IMG/VR virus record: IMGVR_UViG_3300032782_000007
Location: 1-64,000 of that record
Source: a virus
Length of the DNA stretch: 64,000 bases
Strand: one strand, 5' to 3'
Part shown: in pieces, positions 1 through 9,677 of the stretch
Position numbering within the stretch: position 1 is the first letter of the stretch
Layout: each line of letters begins with the position of its first letter
Notes under the pieces: model-generated
Seen by the model: the letters and a program-made list of their open reading frames with translations, nothing else
Database searches by the model: none
Told to the model about the DNA's origin: nothing
Translations under genes and position numbers: made by a program

Positions 1-1
1 G

Positions 2-232
2 AAGAAGGCTTTGCGGTGCGTCTATGACCGTCTGAAGAAGTACAACGGGCGGGCGAAGATGATTCACATGGTTCATGACGAGATCATGCTAGAGACCGAC
101 AACGACCCGGAACTGGTCGCAGCCTCGAAGAAGGAGCTGCAGGAAGGGATGATCGAGGCGATCCAACCGTACCTGCCGGATGTACCGGTCGAGGCCGAAC
201 CGGCCGATGGCCCGTCGTGGGCCGAAAAGTAA
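2..232 (+). CDS. Family A DNA polymerase, C-terminal end (partial)
   Basis: Motif C (IHMVHDEIMLE) and a PolA-like terminus (VPVEAE..GPSWAE); frame open from the window edge. Confidence 0.85.
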   Translation, partial: KKALRCVYDRLKKYNGRAKMIHMVHDEIMLETDNDPELVAASKKELQEGMIEAIQPYLPDVPVEAEPADGPSWAEK

Positions 233-352
233 AACGCCGCTCCCCTCGAGAGAAGTGGCGTTACCCAGCCGTCCTAACGACGACCTCCGCGGTCAGACCG
301 ATCTCTACCCTAACGGAGCTGTAGCGGGATACTCAAGAACCGGTTACGATCC

Positions 353-377
353 GTGGAAAGAGCGGAAATCTTTCCAC
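353..377 (+). promoter_or_regulatory. 9-bp stem hairpin ending 1 nt before the ATG at 379
   Basis: GTGGAAAGA (353-361) pairs with TCTTTCCAC (369-377); -10-like TACGAT at 345-350. Confidence 0.5.
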
Positions 378-378
378 A

Positions 379-1134
379 ATGACAGCAAGACGCAAAATCG
401 CTCCGGTGAGTCGGCAGCAGGGCCAGACGCGAGTGCGAGGCCTCCGATGTTTTCAAGAGGTCGACCAGCGCATCAAAGAGGGCTGGCCGCTCAAAGACGT
501 CGCCAAGTTCATCCAAGAGGTGAAGGAGGAGATGAACGACATCACGCGCGCCTCCGTGGTTTCCCAGCTCCTCGACTATCGCGCCTCCATCCCCCCGGCG
601 GAACTAATGAAGCCACGGATCCCGCGCGCGCACGTAAAGGCCGCGGAAAAAGTCGAAGAAGGGCTCGACGAGCTGCACGAGCTGCAACGCCTCTACACGC
701 TCCAAATGGGCCGTATCGAGATCGATCTCAAAAACGAGAAGACCATCTCGAAGCTGCTTCCGACGACGGGTCAGGAAGTGAGGATCGCAAAAGAGATCTT
801 GGTCGCCTACAAGGACCTCAAGATGGATCTCGGTCTCTCCAAGCGGCACATTGGTCAGCTCGATGTGGACGCGCGACTGATGGCGGACGTCGCGGTTCGG
901 TACAACAACAAGCCTGAAGTGCAACAGGTGATGCACAACGCAGAGTCTCGGAAGAAGATCCTCAACCTGGTTGAACGTCTACTTTCGCGACCGGCGGCGC
1001 AGCTCACTGAGGGCGCGATTGACGTGCCGGGGGAGGTCGTGGAAGCGACTCCGGCCGCGAAAAGTCCGTACGGACCTTCCGAGGATCTCTTCCCTGAAGA
1101 AGCGATCGATGTGAGTGGTACGGAGATCGACTAG
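379..1134 (+). CDS. Probable terminase small subunit
   Basis: Helical 251 aa protein whose stop overlaps the TerL start; positional call only. Confidence 0.5.
   Translation: MTARRKIAPVSRQQGQTRVRGLRCFQEVDQRIKEGWPLKDVAKFIQEVKEEMNDITRASVVSQLLDYRASIPPAELMKPRIPRAHVKAAEKVEEGLDELHELQRLYTLQMGRIEIDLKNEKTISKLLPTTGQEVRIAKEILVAYKDLKMDLGLSKRHIGQLDVDARLMADVAVRYNNKPEVQQVMHNAESRKKILNLVERLLSRPAAQLTEGAIDVPGEVVEATPAAKSPYGPSEDLFPEEAIDVSGTEID
1064..1075. repeat. Palindrome GTCCGTACGGAC copy 1 (intragenic)
   Basis: cgaaaaGTCCGTACGGACcttcc. Confidence 0.95.
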
Positions 1135-4100
1135 TGGCGATCTCGATTATCAACGGAAGAGCCGTCACGCAGCGTCTACCTGAGGAGACAGAGATGCTCC
1201 TCAAGCAGGATCTCGCGCGTCTGAGCCCGGCCGAGCGCGAAGTCGTCGATCTGATTTTGAAGGAACTCGAAGAGCGCAATGATCCTTCCGCAGTCCCCTC
1301 TGAAGAGCCTTCTTTGATCGAATTGCTCGGTCAGGCCGAGTACAAGACACCACCGGTAGACATGGAGACCTTCGTGAAGGACCCATACTACCTCGGCGAG
1401 ACCTGTTCGAATATCTACCCAAAGCTGCTCGCAGACCTCAAGGAGATGTTCGAAGGTGGCTACTCTGAGGCCATACTTTGCTTGCACCCTGATACACCGA
1501 TCCCCCTGCTGGATGGAACAACTGCGACGATAGCGAAACTGGCGGAACGGTGGCAGTCCGACCCCGAACCGTTCTGGGTATACAGCTGTCGTCCTGACGG
1601 CAGTGTGCTGCCCGCACTCGCCGAACAGCCGCGCTGTACCGGCGAGGACGACTATTATCGCGTCAGGCTCGAGGATGGGTCCCATTTTGTCGGAAATGCG
1701 CGGCATCGCATGGTTCTGAGAGACGGAACCAAACGAACAATTGAAGAGCTAAAAGCGGGCGACAGCCTGATGCCGTTTCAAACAAGGCTCTCCAAACGAA
1801 GCCAGGGGCGGCGTATCGAGGGCTACGAACTGGTCCTCGACAACAAGATCGAGCGAGAGGTCTACACACATGTATGCGTGGAGTCATTAAATGGGCCTAT
1901 CGACTCCAAGATCGAGACGATCCACCACGTCAACTTCAGAAAAACGGACAATCGCCCTTCAAACCTAACGCGAATGCCGTGGAAAGATCACAGGTTGCTA
2001 CACGCTCGGGCTAAGCGCGCCTATTTCGCAGAAAATCCCGAAGTGCGGGCCAATCTGGTGTCGCGGCAACGCCAAGCCGCATCGGATCCGTCATCGCCGC
2101 TCCGTAAGGGACATCTGGAGTATATGCGATCTGAGAAGGGTCGGCGTCATGCGCGCGCCAGTCTTGAGAAGTGGAATATCACGCCCGAGGAGAAACGCGC
2201 GGTTCTTGCAGAACGCGCCAAAACGGGTAGGGAGAGGCGTTGGCAAGGAGAAGGAGCCGACGAGCAAAAAGCAGCGGCTGCGGAGCGCATGCGAGCGCGC
2301 AATCTCGCCGGCAACGCAAAGTTTGCCGGGCGTCGAACTTGGATCGCTCGCTCAGAGGAAGCCAAAAAGGCTCACACAGCTAGACTCGTGGCTAGAAACA
2401 AGGAAGGTCGAGTAAGACGACCTGACGTAACGCTGGAGAGTATTCTGAGCGCAAGAGCTGGCGGTGCGACGACAATCAAGGCGGTTTCAGTTGCGCTGGG
2501 GTGCTCGACAACTCGCGTTAGGAGCGTGCTGCGCGAGGCCGGTATTGAGAGGGGTACCCTGTTCAGAGCGAGGAATCACTGCGTGGTGTCCGTCGAACAT
2601 ATCGGGCGGGGCCCCGTGTACTGCATGACGGTTCCGCAGACCGAGAACTTCGCGATTTGCACCCTCAACGACGAGGGTGCCTATACACGCAACGGCGTGT
2701 ACTCCTCCAATACTGGTGGGATCGGTTCGGGGAAAACCTTTACAGCATCTATCGGAATTTGTAGGGTTTTGTACGAAATATCCTGCATGCGCGATCCGCA
2801 TGCCGGCTTCGGATTGGCTAAGGATACGAACATTTCGTTCCTCGCTCTATCGGTCAATGAGAGTCTCGCGCAAAAGGTCGTGTTTGAAAATCTAGTAGTC
2901 AAGCTAAAGGCCAGCGCTTATTTCAACGAACAGTTTCCGTTTGCCACATCGAAGACGGAGCTGAGATTTCCGCACAACGTATGGGTCGCTCCGAGAGCGA
3001 CAACGGCAACTTCCGCGTTGGGGCTGAACGTGATCGGAGCGCTGATCGACGAGGCGGCCTTCCTCGGCACGTCCAAGACCGCGGCAGGCGAGATAGACAA
3101 GGCGGACACGATCTACCACGCGATCCTCCGCCGTATGAAGTCGCGTTTCGAGCGTCAAGGGAAGCTACCGGGGATGCTGTTCCTGGTGTCCTCGAAGACC
3201 TCTGACGACGACTTTACGGCACGACGCATTCAACAGTCTCTAAATGACCCATCGGTGTACGTGACCGATTACACCGTCTGGCAAACAAAGCCCGACGCCT
3301 ACTACAACCAGAAACGATTCTGGGTCCTCTGTGGCAACAGCGAGCTAGGCTCGCGGATTCTCGAGGACAACGAAGACCCCGAGAAGCTTCGACCGACACT
3401 CCCAGAGGGAGTGGTTCTTTTGGACGTACCGATCGACTTTCGAAAAGACTTCGAACGGGACCTGGAAAGCGCGATTCGAGACATTGGCGGGATCAGCTCT
3501 TCCAGTCTTCGTCCGTACATTCAAAGGCGCGAGAAGATCAAAGAAGCTATCGACCCGGGATTGTCTCACCCGTTCTCCACTGCGGTTTACGACATGTCGA
3601 AGGGCGGCACCTTCATGTGGAGCCGCATGGTTGGCGAGCGCCGCGAGCGAATCATGGGCTACGGGGACCGACCGATTCTGCGCCCGCTCCTAAACCCTGC
3701 CGCTAACCGCCATATTCACGTCGACCTCGGCCTTAAGCATGACGCGGCCGCACTGTGTATGGCGCACGTGAGCGGCCATAAAGACGTCATTCGTCGAAGC
3801 GAGGATGGTCGCGAGTACGTTGAAAAAGCCCCTGTGTACACCGTCGACTGCATGTTGCGAATCGTACCGCCCACGGGGGGCGAGATCGTTTTCGGGGACA
3901 TTCGACACCTCATCTACGATCTCATCGCGCACGGCTACACTGTTACGTGCGTCTCCTATGACTCGTGGCAATCGACGGACGGTCTGCAAATTCTCGGACA
4001 ACGAGGGATCAACGCGGAGATGATCTCCGTCGACACGAGCCCCGAGCCGTATGACACGCTGAAGACCGCGCTCTACGAGAATCGTGTCAGGCTCTACCAC

Positions 4101-4421
4101 GACGAACACCTGTTCAAGGAGCTGGTAGCACTCGAGGAACACACAAAAGGTGTAAATCGCAAGATCGATCACCCGAAAAAAGGCTCGAAAGATCAATCAG
4201 ATAGCTTGGCTGGTGTTGTTTTCACCCTATCGCAGCAGCGGTTGGTGGCTCCGCTGCCGATCATGAAAGGGCTCATGCAGGACAACGACCCGTGGATGCA
4301 CGAACAGCAGCAGTCGTATTTGGCGGGAAATCGGGGGGCCAACGAGAATACGGGGCTGCTTCCGGCGTTTCTTACAGGCGATGGCGGGGATCCTGATTGG
4401 GGAGACGGCTGGAATTTCTGA
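1134..4421 (+). CDS. terL: Terminase large subunit containing an intein
   Basis: Walker A GGIGSGKT, Walker B ALIDEAAF, motif III LVSS, RNase H-like nuclease (HIHVDLG, SYDSWQS, KIDHP..GSKDQSDSLAG). Confidence 0.92.
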   Translation: MAISIINGRAVTQRLPEETEMLLKQDLARLSPAEREVVDLILKELEERNDPSAVPSEEPSLIELLGQAEYKTPPVDMETFVKDPYYLGETCSNIYPKLLADLKEMFEGGYSEAILCLHPDTPIPLLDGTTATIAKLAERWQSDPEPFWVYSCRPDGSVLPALAEQPRCTGEDDYYRVRLEDGSHFVGNARHRMVLRDGTKRTIEELKAGDSLMPFQTRLSKRSQGRRIEGYELVLDNKIEREVYTHVCVESLNGPIDSKIETIHHVNFRKTDNRPSNLTRMPWKDHRLLHARAKRAYFAENPEVRANLVSRQRQAASDPSSPLRKGHLEYMRSEKGRRHARASLEKWNITPEEKRAVLAERAKTGRERRWQGEGADEQKAAAAERMRARNLAGNAKFAGRRTWIARSEEAKKAHTARLVARNKEGRVRRPDVTLESILSARAGGATTIKAVSVALGCSTTRVRSVLREAGIERGTLFRARNHCVVSVEHIGRGPVYCMTVPQTENFAICTLNDEGAYTRNGVYSSNTGGIGSGKTFTASIGICRVLYEISCMRDPHAGFGLAKDTNISFLALSVNESLAQKVVFENLVVKLKASAYFNEQFPFATSKTELRFPHNVWVAPRATTATSALGLNVIGALIDEAAFLGTSKTAAGEIDKADTIYHAILRRMKSRFERQGKLPGMLFLVSSKTSDDDFTARRIQQSLNDPSVYVTDYTVWQTKPDAYYNQKRFWVLCGNSELGSRILEDNEDPEKLRPTLPEGVVLLDVPIDFRKDFERDLESAIRDIGGISSSSLRPYIQRREKIKEAIDPGLSHPFSTAVYDMSKGGTFMWSRMVGERRERIMGYGDRPILRPLLNPAANRHIHVDLGLKHDAAALCMAHVSGHKDVIRRSEDGREYVEKAPVYTVDCMLRIVPPTGGEIVFGDIRHLIYDLIAHGYTVTCVSYDSWQSTDGLQILGQRGINAEMISVDTSPEPYDTLKTALYENRVRLYHDEHLFKELVALEEHTKGVNRKIDHPKKGSKDQSDSLAGVVFTLSQQRLVAPLPIMKGLMQDNDPWMHEQQQSYLAGNRGANENTGLLPAFLTGDGGDPDWGDGWNF
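1479..2711 (+). mobile_element. Intein (411 aa) with HNH endonuclease in TerL
   Basis: Starts CLHPDT, has NARHR block B and HNH IHHVNFRKTDNRPSNL..H..LH, ends VYCMTV...GVYSSN/T just before Walker A. Confidence 0.88.
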
Positions 4422-4427
4422 CGAAAA

Positions 4428-4439
4428 GTCCGTACGGAC
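4428..4439. repeat. Palindrome copy 2 (intergenic, upstream of -10-like TAGGAT 4443-4448)
   Basis: cgaaaaGTCCGTACGGACcgat. Confidence 0.95.
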
Positions 4440-4454
4440 CGATAGGATAGGCTG

Positions 4455-4799
4455 ATGGCCAATCCGCTCGTAGAAGACCTCCAGGGCCTGCTTCGCTCGC
4501 AAGACGCCCCGGCAATGCCCGTCGTGACGATCGCGACCGATCCCAACTACGTTCATCTTCGCGCACTACTTGACGCGATCATGCACAGTCCGGCAATGGG
4601 GACGCTTACCGCCGATGAGCTACGCGCGCTGAATACGTTCATCATCACGGTCACGAGATGCGCGACGCAATCCCCACCGACGGCCCGAGGCGAGATCGGC
4701 GCGGTCTGGCGGTCCGCGGAGAGTGGAATCATCAAACTGCCGATCGGTTTGGACGTGCGAAGGACGATTCACTCGTTGATGCTTGGCTCGAACGCGTAG
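4455..4799 (+). CDS. Hypothetical head-module protein
   Basis: Lies between terL and portal; N-terminus LVEDLQGLL. Confidence 0.6.
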   Translation: MANPLVEDLQGLLRSQDAPAMPVVTIATDPNYVHLRALLDAIMHSPAMGTLTADELRALNTFIITVTRCATQSPPTARGEIGAVWRSAESGIIKLPIGLDVRRTIHSLMLGSNA

Positions 4800-4806
4800 G
4801 GGCACC

Positions 4807-5172
4807 GTGAGCGTTCTCGACGAAATTCGCGCGCTAATGGGGGAAACGCCTCTTCCGGCGACGGCCCCGGCTACTGTAGAGGCTTTCGGGGTCGATACGG
4901 GAAAGGTGCTCGTCATGCCTTCCGGGGTGACGCGCGATCTTGCCGCTCAAGCGATCGCCGACATAGACACTTCCCCGATTATGCGGGATATTGGCGTAAT
5001 CGTGGCGCGTCAGATTGCAACCGAGCTTCAGCAAATGGCACTTCGTCCCGCGGACTACGCGAGTCTGCCGGACCTGCCTCAAATGGTCGCAGCGCGACTC
5101 GGGGCCGAGCTTGCGACGGCGCCAGATGTGTTCGTAGCTTCACTGCTCGAACAGCTCCGGTTGAAAGGCTAA
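4807..5172 (+). CDS. Hypothetical head-module protein
   Basis: GTG start after AGGGG; fills the gap before the portal. Confidence 0.6.
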   Translation: MSVLDEIRALMGETPLPATAPATVEAFGVDTGKVLVMPSGVTRDLAAQAIADIDTSPIMRDIGVIVARQIATELQQMALRPADYASLPDLPQMVAARLGAELATAPDVFVASLLEQLRLKG

Positions 5173-5178
5173 GACGGC

Positions 5179-8100
5179 GTGGGATTCATCGGCGACGCGG
5201 TAAATAGGGTCCGAGGCTGGATCCGCCAAGACAAAGAGCACACGGCGTTCCAGTTCGCCAAAGGCACGACCGCATCCGGCTACCCCAGCAGCGGAAGCGA
5301 CCTACTTCAAGCGTATGGGTATGACGTTCTCAGCGACTACCTCAAGCTTGAACAGGACCTTCTCTCCAGGTTCGTCGACTACGAGGAGATGGCCGATCAC
5401 CCTTTGATTGCCACCGCCCTGGAAATCTACGCGGACGATGCGACCCAGCACGACTACCACGTAGGTCGCCCCCTGTGGCTGAGTAGCCCCGACAAGACCA
5501 TCGAGGAGATCGGCGAAGACCTCTTCCATCGAACCCTCCGAATCGAAGAAGAGATCTGGAGTATCGCGCGGACGCTAGCCCTATACGGGCAAAATTACGA
5601 AGAGCTGCTTGTTACCGATCAAGGAGTGCGTGGACTCAACTACCTCGCGCCGCCGACGGTTCGCCGAATCGAGGGTACTCGCGGCGAACTATATGGATTT
5701 GTTCAAGATTTCAAAGGTCGGTTTGGGCACTGTTTGGCCTCCGGCTCCCGTGTTTGGGGCGTAAGCGGTCTAACGGAAATTCAGCAGTTCGACGAAGGCA
5801 AAGTCCTCGGGTACAAACCGGTAAAGGGGGTGCGTCCTGCCCTCGAATCGCCAGTCCGATCTCCGACCGCGGTTCTAGGAGGGGCGATCAAGACGCTGCC
5901 AGTGGTACGAAGGCACAGTAACGGTACACAACGCGTACTTCGAATTCGGACTCGTCACCGGGAAATCGTGGTAACAGCCGATCACCCCTTATTGGCCGTG
6001 CAGCCTTCCGAGGCCGGTCGTACGGGTGAGCCTACCTGGGTAAAAGCAAAAGACCTGCGACTAGTAAGACAGTCTGGTGGTAAGAAGAACATCGACTACG
6101 CGAAGTCGGCGAAACTTGTCATCTGCACACGAATGCCGGCGGGCCGTGTGCCGGAATGGTCAGAGATTTGGTCTGAGGACCCTGACGACTACACGACCTC
6201 TTGGGGTAGCCAACCCAAGAAGCTCACACTACCGGATCGTCCTACCCCTGAATTCTGCCGGCTTTTCGGATTTCTCCTGGGAGACGGTTGGCTCGACGAA
6301 GGTAACGTTTGCTACGCCCGCGGCGAGTATCCGGAGCTGAATGACTACTATGACGGACTGTTGAACTCGTATGGGCTTACACCTAGAATCAAAAACGACG
6401 GCGAACAGACCTGCGCGGGCGGTGTCTACCTGGCAAGACTGTTGGTCTCGCTCGGTTGGATCCAGGGTTCCCACAATAAACGGGTTCCGAGGTGGGTCTA
6501 CGGCCTCCCCGAGGAACACCGAGAGGCCTTTCTCAGGGGGTTCATCGATGCCGACGGGTGGGATCTACGGAGCAAAGCCGGACTGGTCATGCATCAGTTT
6601 GAGCTGGCAAATTACGATCTTGTCCGAGATCTGAAAAATCTTATTGACGGACTCGGCTACCACTGCGGGAATATCGGAAAACAGGTCAATAAGGTAGGCG
6701 ACACAATTCACAACCGTCGAACAGGCAAAGACGTTGTGGTCCAGACACGCGCCGACTCTTTTACGTGCTGCTATAGTGAGCTAAAGTTCGAAGCGCCGCT
6801 TGTAGCGGAGAACGTGATAAGCATCGTCGATCACGGCGAAGCAGAGGTTTTCGATCTCGAGGTCGACGATGAGGCCCATAACTTCATCGCAGACGGCGTT
6901 GTTGTTCACAATTCTCCGGCGGAATTCCAGCAGATTCTGGCTATGCGATCGGCGATGCTCCAGGGGCGATCTAACGGTCAAGGGACGATCGCCGGCATGG
7001 AACGTCTATCTGCGTTCGAGGATTGGGAGGTCGTTCACTTCCGAATCCACACCAAACAACGACGTGCCATATACGGGAGTTGCCTTGTCGGCTCAAGCCG
7101 CGTTTGGACGCCGGACGGAGTTAAAGCGATCGCGGACATCCGATCTGGAGATCGTGTGTTTACGCGCAAAGCGGGTCGTCTGCAGACTACGAAAGTTCTG
7201 GATCAGGTCTGCAACGGAGTGAAGCCTGTTTTCCGGGTGAGGACCACGCACAGAGAGATCACGCTAACAGCGAATCACCCGCTTCTGGTCGATCTCGGCG
7301 GTCACGGAAAGAACCGCTGGCGCCCAGTCGAAGAACTTAGAATCGGCGACAAGCTTGTGTTTGCGGCACGAATGCCGGAGACTCGGCCGCCGCCTCCTCT
7401 CGGGCTCAGATTACTGCGCGTCGACGACGACACGGAAGTGCGTCTTACCGCGCGCGGGGCCGCAGCTCTTCGCCAACAAACGCGAGAGAGCCACTACTCG
7501 CCGAGAGATAGCGGACTGCGACCGTTAGCCGCAAAACTGGGAATCACGCGAGCAGTTTTGGAACTTCTCTTGGAAGGGGGGTCAGCTGTTCCGCTGAAGA
7601 CGCTTAGAGCCCTGTTCGACGAAGCGGGTCTGCCGCTATTTGAGGGGAGTTGGACAAAAAAGCTTCAGGACGAGCGACTCCGGCTACCAGATTTCGTAGA
7701 ACCTTGGTTTGCGCGCCTGTACGGATTTCTTCTCGGCGACGGCTGGCTGACGGACGGCCAGGTATTGTTCGCGCTCGGCGTGGACGAAGAACGCAACAAG
7801 TTCTATGAAGGTTTGCTGGAAAAGTGTGGACTGCCGACAGCCCGTAGCGGTCGATATGACGAGCCGGGCGTAGAAACGCAATCGTACGTTAGCAGTCAAG
7901 CACTAGTCGGCGTCCTTAGGGAACTTGGGTGGATCGATGGTGCGCACTTCAAGCGTGTTCCGGCATGGGTTTACACGCTTCCGTTTGAGCACCGCAAGGA
8001 ATTCCTAGAGGGATTCATTGACGCCGATGGTTGGGAAACATACGAAGGGAAGTACCTGCACACCGAACTCTGCAACGATCCCCTCGTGCGAGACATCAAA

Positions 8101-9609
8101 GCTCTGATCGACGGCCTAGGGTGGACGAGCGGTAATGTGCGGACTCGCGGCCCTCGTACAGGCGTGATAAAGCGTTCTAACGGCAAAGAAAAACTGATTG
8201 TAGGTACCGGCGGCGCCTTGGTGACCTACCACGAGACAGTCCTCGAATCGCAGGAGTTCGGCAGCGAGGAGATCATCTCGATCGACCCGGCGGGCGAAGA
8301 GGCGGTCTACGATATTGAGGTCGCAAACAACGAGCACAACTTCATTGCCGACGGGCTTGTAGTCCACAATTCGATCCTAGACAGCGCCCGCTGGATCTTC
8401 AAACGGCTTGTGTTGCTTGAAGACACGGCGATGATTTACCGCCTTACCAGGGGCGCAGAGAGGTTCGCCTATTACGTAGACACAGGCAACCTTCCTCCGG
8501 CGGAAGCGCTCGCCTACTTGAATCGCGTACGACAGCAGAACAAGAAGAAGAAGTACGTCAACAACCTCACGGGAAAGATGGATCTCAAGCACTCCATCTT
8601 GAACCAACAGGACGATGTTTTCGTGCCGACCCGGCAAGGAGTAGATGGGACTCGAATTGAAGTCCTAGGTGCGCCTAGCTGGCAAAGCATGGAAGATATT
8701 CAGTATTTTTTGGATCAGCTGTTTGCAGCAATCAAGGTTCCGAAGAGTTACTTGGCACAGGATCAGTCGGACACTCACAGCTCGCTCAGCTCGCGTGACG
8801 TACGGTTCGCGCGGACGATTCTCAGGGTGCAGCGTGAGCTTCGAAATGGGTTTGCCAAGATCATGCGGGTCCATTTGGCGGCGCTTGGGATCGATCCAAA
8901 CCGCGTCGACTACTCGATGCACATGACGGTTCCAAGTGCGATCTTCGAGTTGGCGCAGATGGAAGTCTTGAATGCGCGCGCGGACCTTTGCGGGCGTCTC
9001 CGTGAGATGGTTTCCCTGCACTACCTGCTCTCGACGGTCCTCAAACTGAGTGACGAGGAGATCGCGCTCGTGATGCGTCAGCGCGAGGAAGAAGCCGACG
9101 AAGAGGCGACGATTCAGGCGCGCACGCAGAGCATGATCCAGAAAGCGGTGGCTGCGGCGGGAATGGAAGGCCAAGCGCAGGGTCAGATCGACACGACGCA
9201 GGCGATGAACGCGGCTGGAATGCAGACCCCGCAGCAGCAACAGCAGCAGGCGCAGGCTGCCCAGATGGCGCAACAGCAACAGGCTCAGGCGCAGCAAGCT
9301 CAGGCGGCGCAACAGGCCGCGCGAAAAGAGAGTCGAATTGGGGGCCCGCTGATCCGGATCCGGGACGGCGTTCGACCGGTGGAGTATTACGGGCTCGAGC
9401 GGAGACTGTTTGAGGGGGAAGCAAAGTCTCGTGCGGACCGATCGCGGCTCGAGTCGAAGCTGGATAGGCTTGGATTTACGAGTCAGCAGATGCAGGAGAA
9501 ACTACGCGCGCGGTCCCATGAGGATCGAATGATCCACTCGCGGCTGCGGGAGCTGGGGGGACTGGTGCGGGATCTCAACATCGAGGTTCGAGGTCTCCGC
9601 CGCTACTAA
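5179..9609 (+). CDS. T4 gp20-like portal protein with two inteins
   Basis: Motifs LLEDTAMIYRLTR, YYVDTGNLPP, GTRIEVLG, EDIQYFLDQLFAAIKVP; about 652 aa after splicing; Gln-rich C-terminus. Confidence 0.92.
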   Translation: MGFIGDAVNRVRGWIRQDKEHTAFQFAKGTTASGYPSSGSDLLQAYGYDVLSDYLKLEQDLLSRFVDYEEMADHPLIATALEIYADDATQHDYHVGRPLWLSSPDKTIEEIGEDLFHRTLRIEEEIWSIARTLALYGQNYEELLVTDQGVRGLNYLAPPTVRRIEGTRGELYGFVQDFKGRFGHCLASGSRVWGVSGLTEIQQFDEGKVLGYKPVKGVRPALESPVRSPTAVLGGAIKTLPVVRRHSNGTQRVLRIRTRHREIVVTADHPLLAVQPSEAGRTGEPTWVKAKDLRLVRQSGGKKNIDYAKSAKLVICTRMPAGRVPEWSEIWSEDPDDYTTSWGSQPKKLTLPDRPTPEFCRLFGFLLGDGWLDEGNVCYARGEYPELNDYYDGLLNSYGLTPRIKNDGEQTCAGGVYLARLLVSLGWIQGSHNKRVPRWVYGLPEEHREAFLRGFIDADGWDLRSKAGLVMHQFELANYDLVRDLKNLIDGLGYHCGNIGKQVNKVGDTIHNRRTGKDVVVQTRADSFTCCYSELKFEAPLVAENVISIVDHGEAEVFDLEVDDEAHNFIADGVVVHNSPAEFQQILAMRSAMLQGRSNGQGTIAGMERLSAFEDWEVVHFRIHTKQRRAIYGSCLVGSSRVWTPDGVKAIADIRSGDRVFTRKAGRLQTTKVLDQVCNGVKPVFRVRTTHREITLTANHPLLVDLGGHGKNRWRPVEELRIGDKLVFAARMPETRPPPPLGLRLLRVDDDTEVRLTARGAAALRQQTRESHYSPRDSGLRPLAAKLGITRAVLELLLEGGSAVPLKTLRALFDEAGLPLFEGSWTKKLQDERLRLPDFVEPWFARLYGFLLGDGWLTDGQVLFALGVDEERNKFYEGLLEKCGLPTARSGRYDEPGVETQSYVSSQALVGVLRELGWIDGAHFKRVPAWVYTLPFEHRKEFLEGFIDADGWETYEGKYLHTELCNDPLVRDIKALIDGLGWTSGNVRTRGPRTGVIKRSNGKEKLIVGTGGALVTYHETVLESQEFGSEEIISIDPAGEEAVYDIEVANNEHNFIADGLVVHNSILDSARWIFKRLVLLEDTAMIYRLTRGAERFAYYVDTGNLPPAEALAYLNRVRQQNKKKKYVNNLTGKMDLKHSILNQQDDVFVPTRQGVDGTRIEVLGAPSWQSMEDIQYFLDQLFAAIKVPKSYLAQDQSDTHSSLSSRDVRFARTILRVQRELRNGFAKIMRVHLAALGIDPNRVDYSMHMTVPSAIFELAQMEVLNARADLCGRLREMVSLHYLLSTVLKLSDEEIALVMRQREEEADEEATIQARTQSMIQKAVAAAGMEGQAQGQIDTTQAMNAAGMQTPQQQQQQAQAAQMAQQQQAQAQQAQAAQQAARKESRIGGPLIRIRDGVRPVEYYGLERRLFEGEAKSRADRSRLESKLDRLGFTSQQMQEKLRARSHEDRMIHSRLRELGGLVRDLNIEVRGLRRY
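5731..6912 (+). mobile_element. Portal intein 1 (394 aa, LAGLIDADG)
   Basis: CLASGS...TADHP...GFLLGDGW...GFIDADGW...HNFIADGVVVHN/S. Confidence 0.93.
7081..8370 (+). mobile_element. Portal intein 2 (430 aa, LAGLIDADG)
   Basis: CLVGSS...TANHP...GFLLGDGW...GFIDADGW...HNFIADGLVVHN/S. Confidence 0.93.
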
Positions 9610-9627
9610 CGGCGGTGGGGAAAGAAT

Positions 9628-9672
9628 AGTCAACGAATATCGTTGACTGTTTCGGGAAACCACCTTTAGCGT
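9628..9672 (+). promoter_or_regulatory. Sigma70-like promoter with an inverted repeat over the -35
   Basis: AGTCAACGA-ata-TCGTTGACT; TTGACT 9643-9648, 18-nt spacer, TAGCGT 9667-9672, start codon 5 nt later. Confidence 0.55.
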
Positions 9673-9677
9673 CAAAT

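Noticed and set aside
180-917. 245-aa Arg-rich + strand ORF
   Set aside because: Out-of-frame overlap with the more protein-like 379-1134 ORF
9229-9320. CAG-rich DNA repeat
   Set aside because: Explained by the Gln/Ala-rich portal tail
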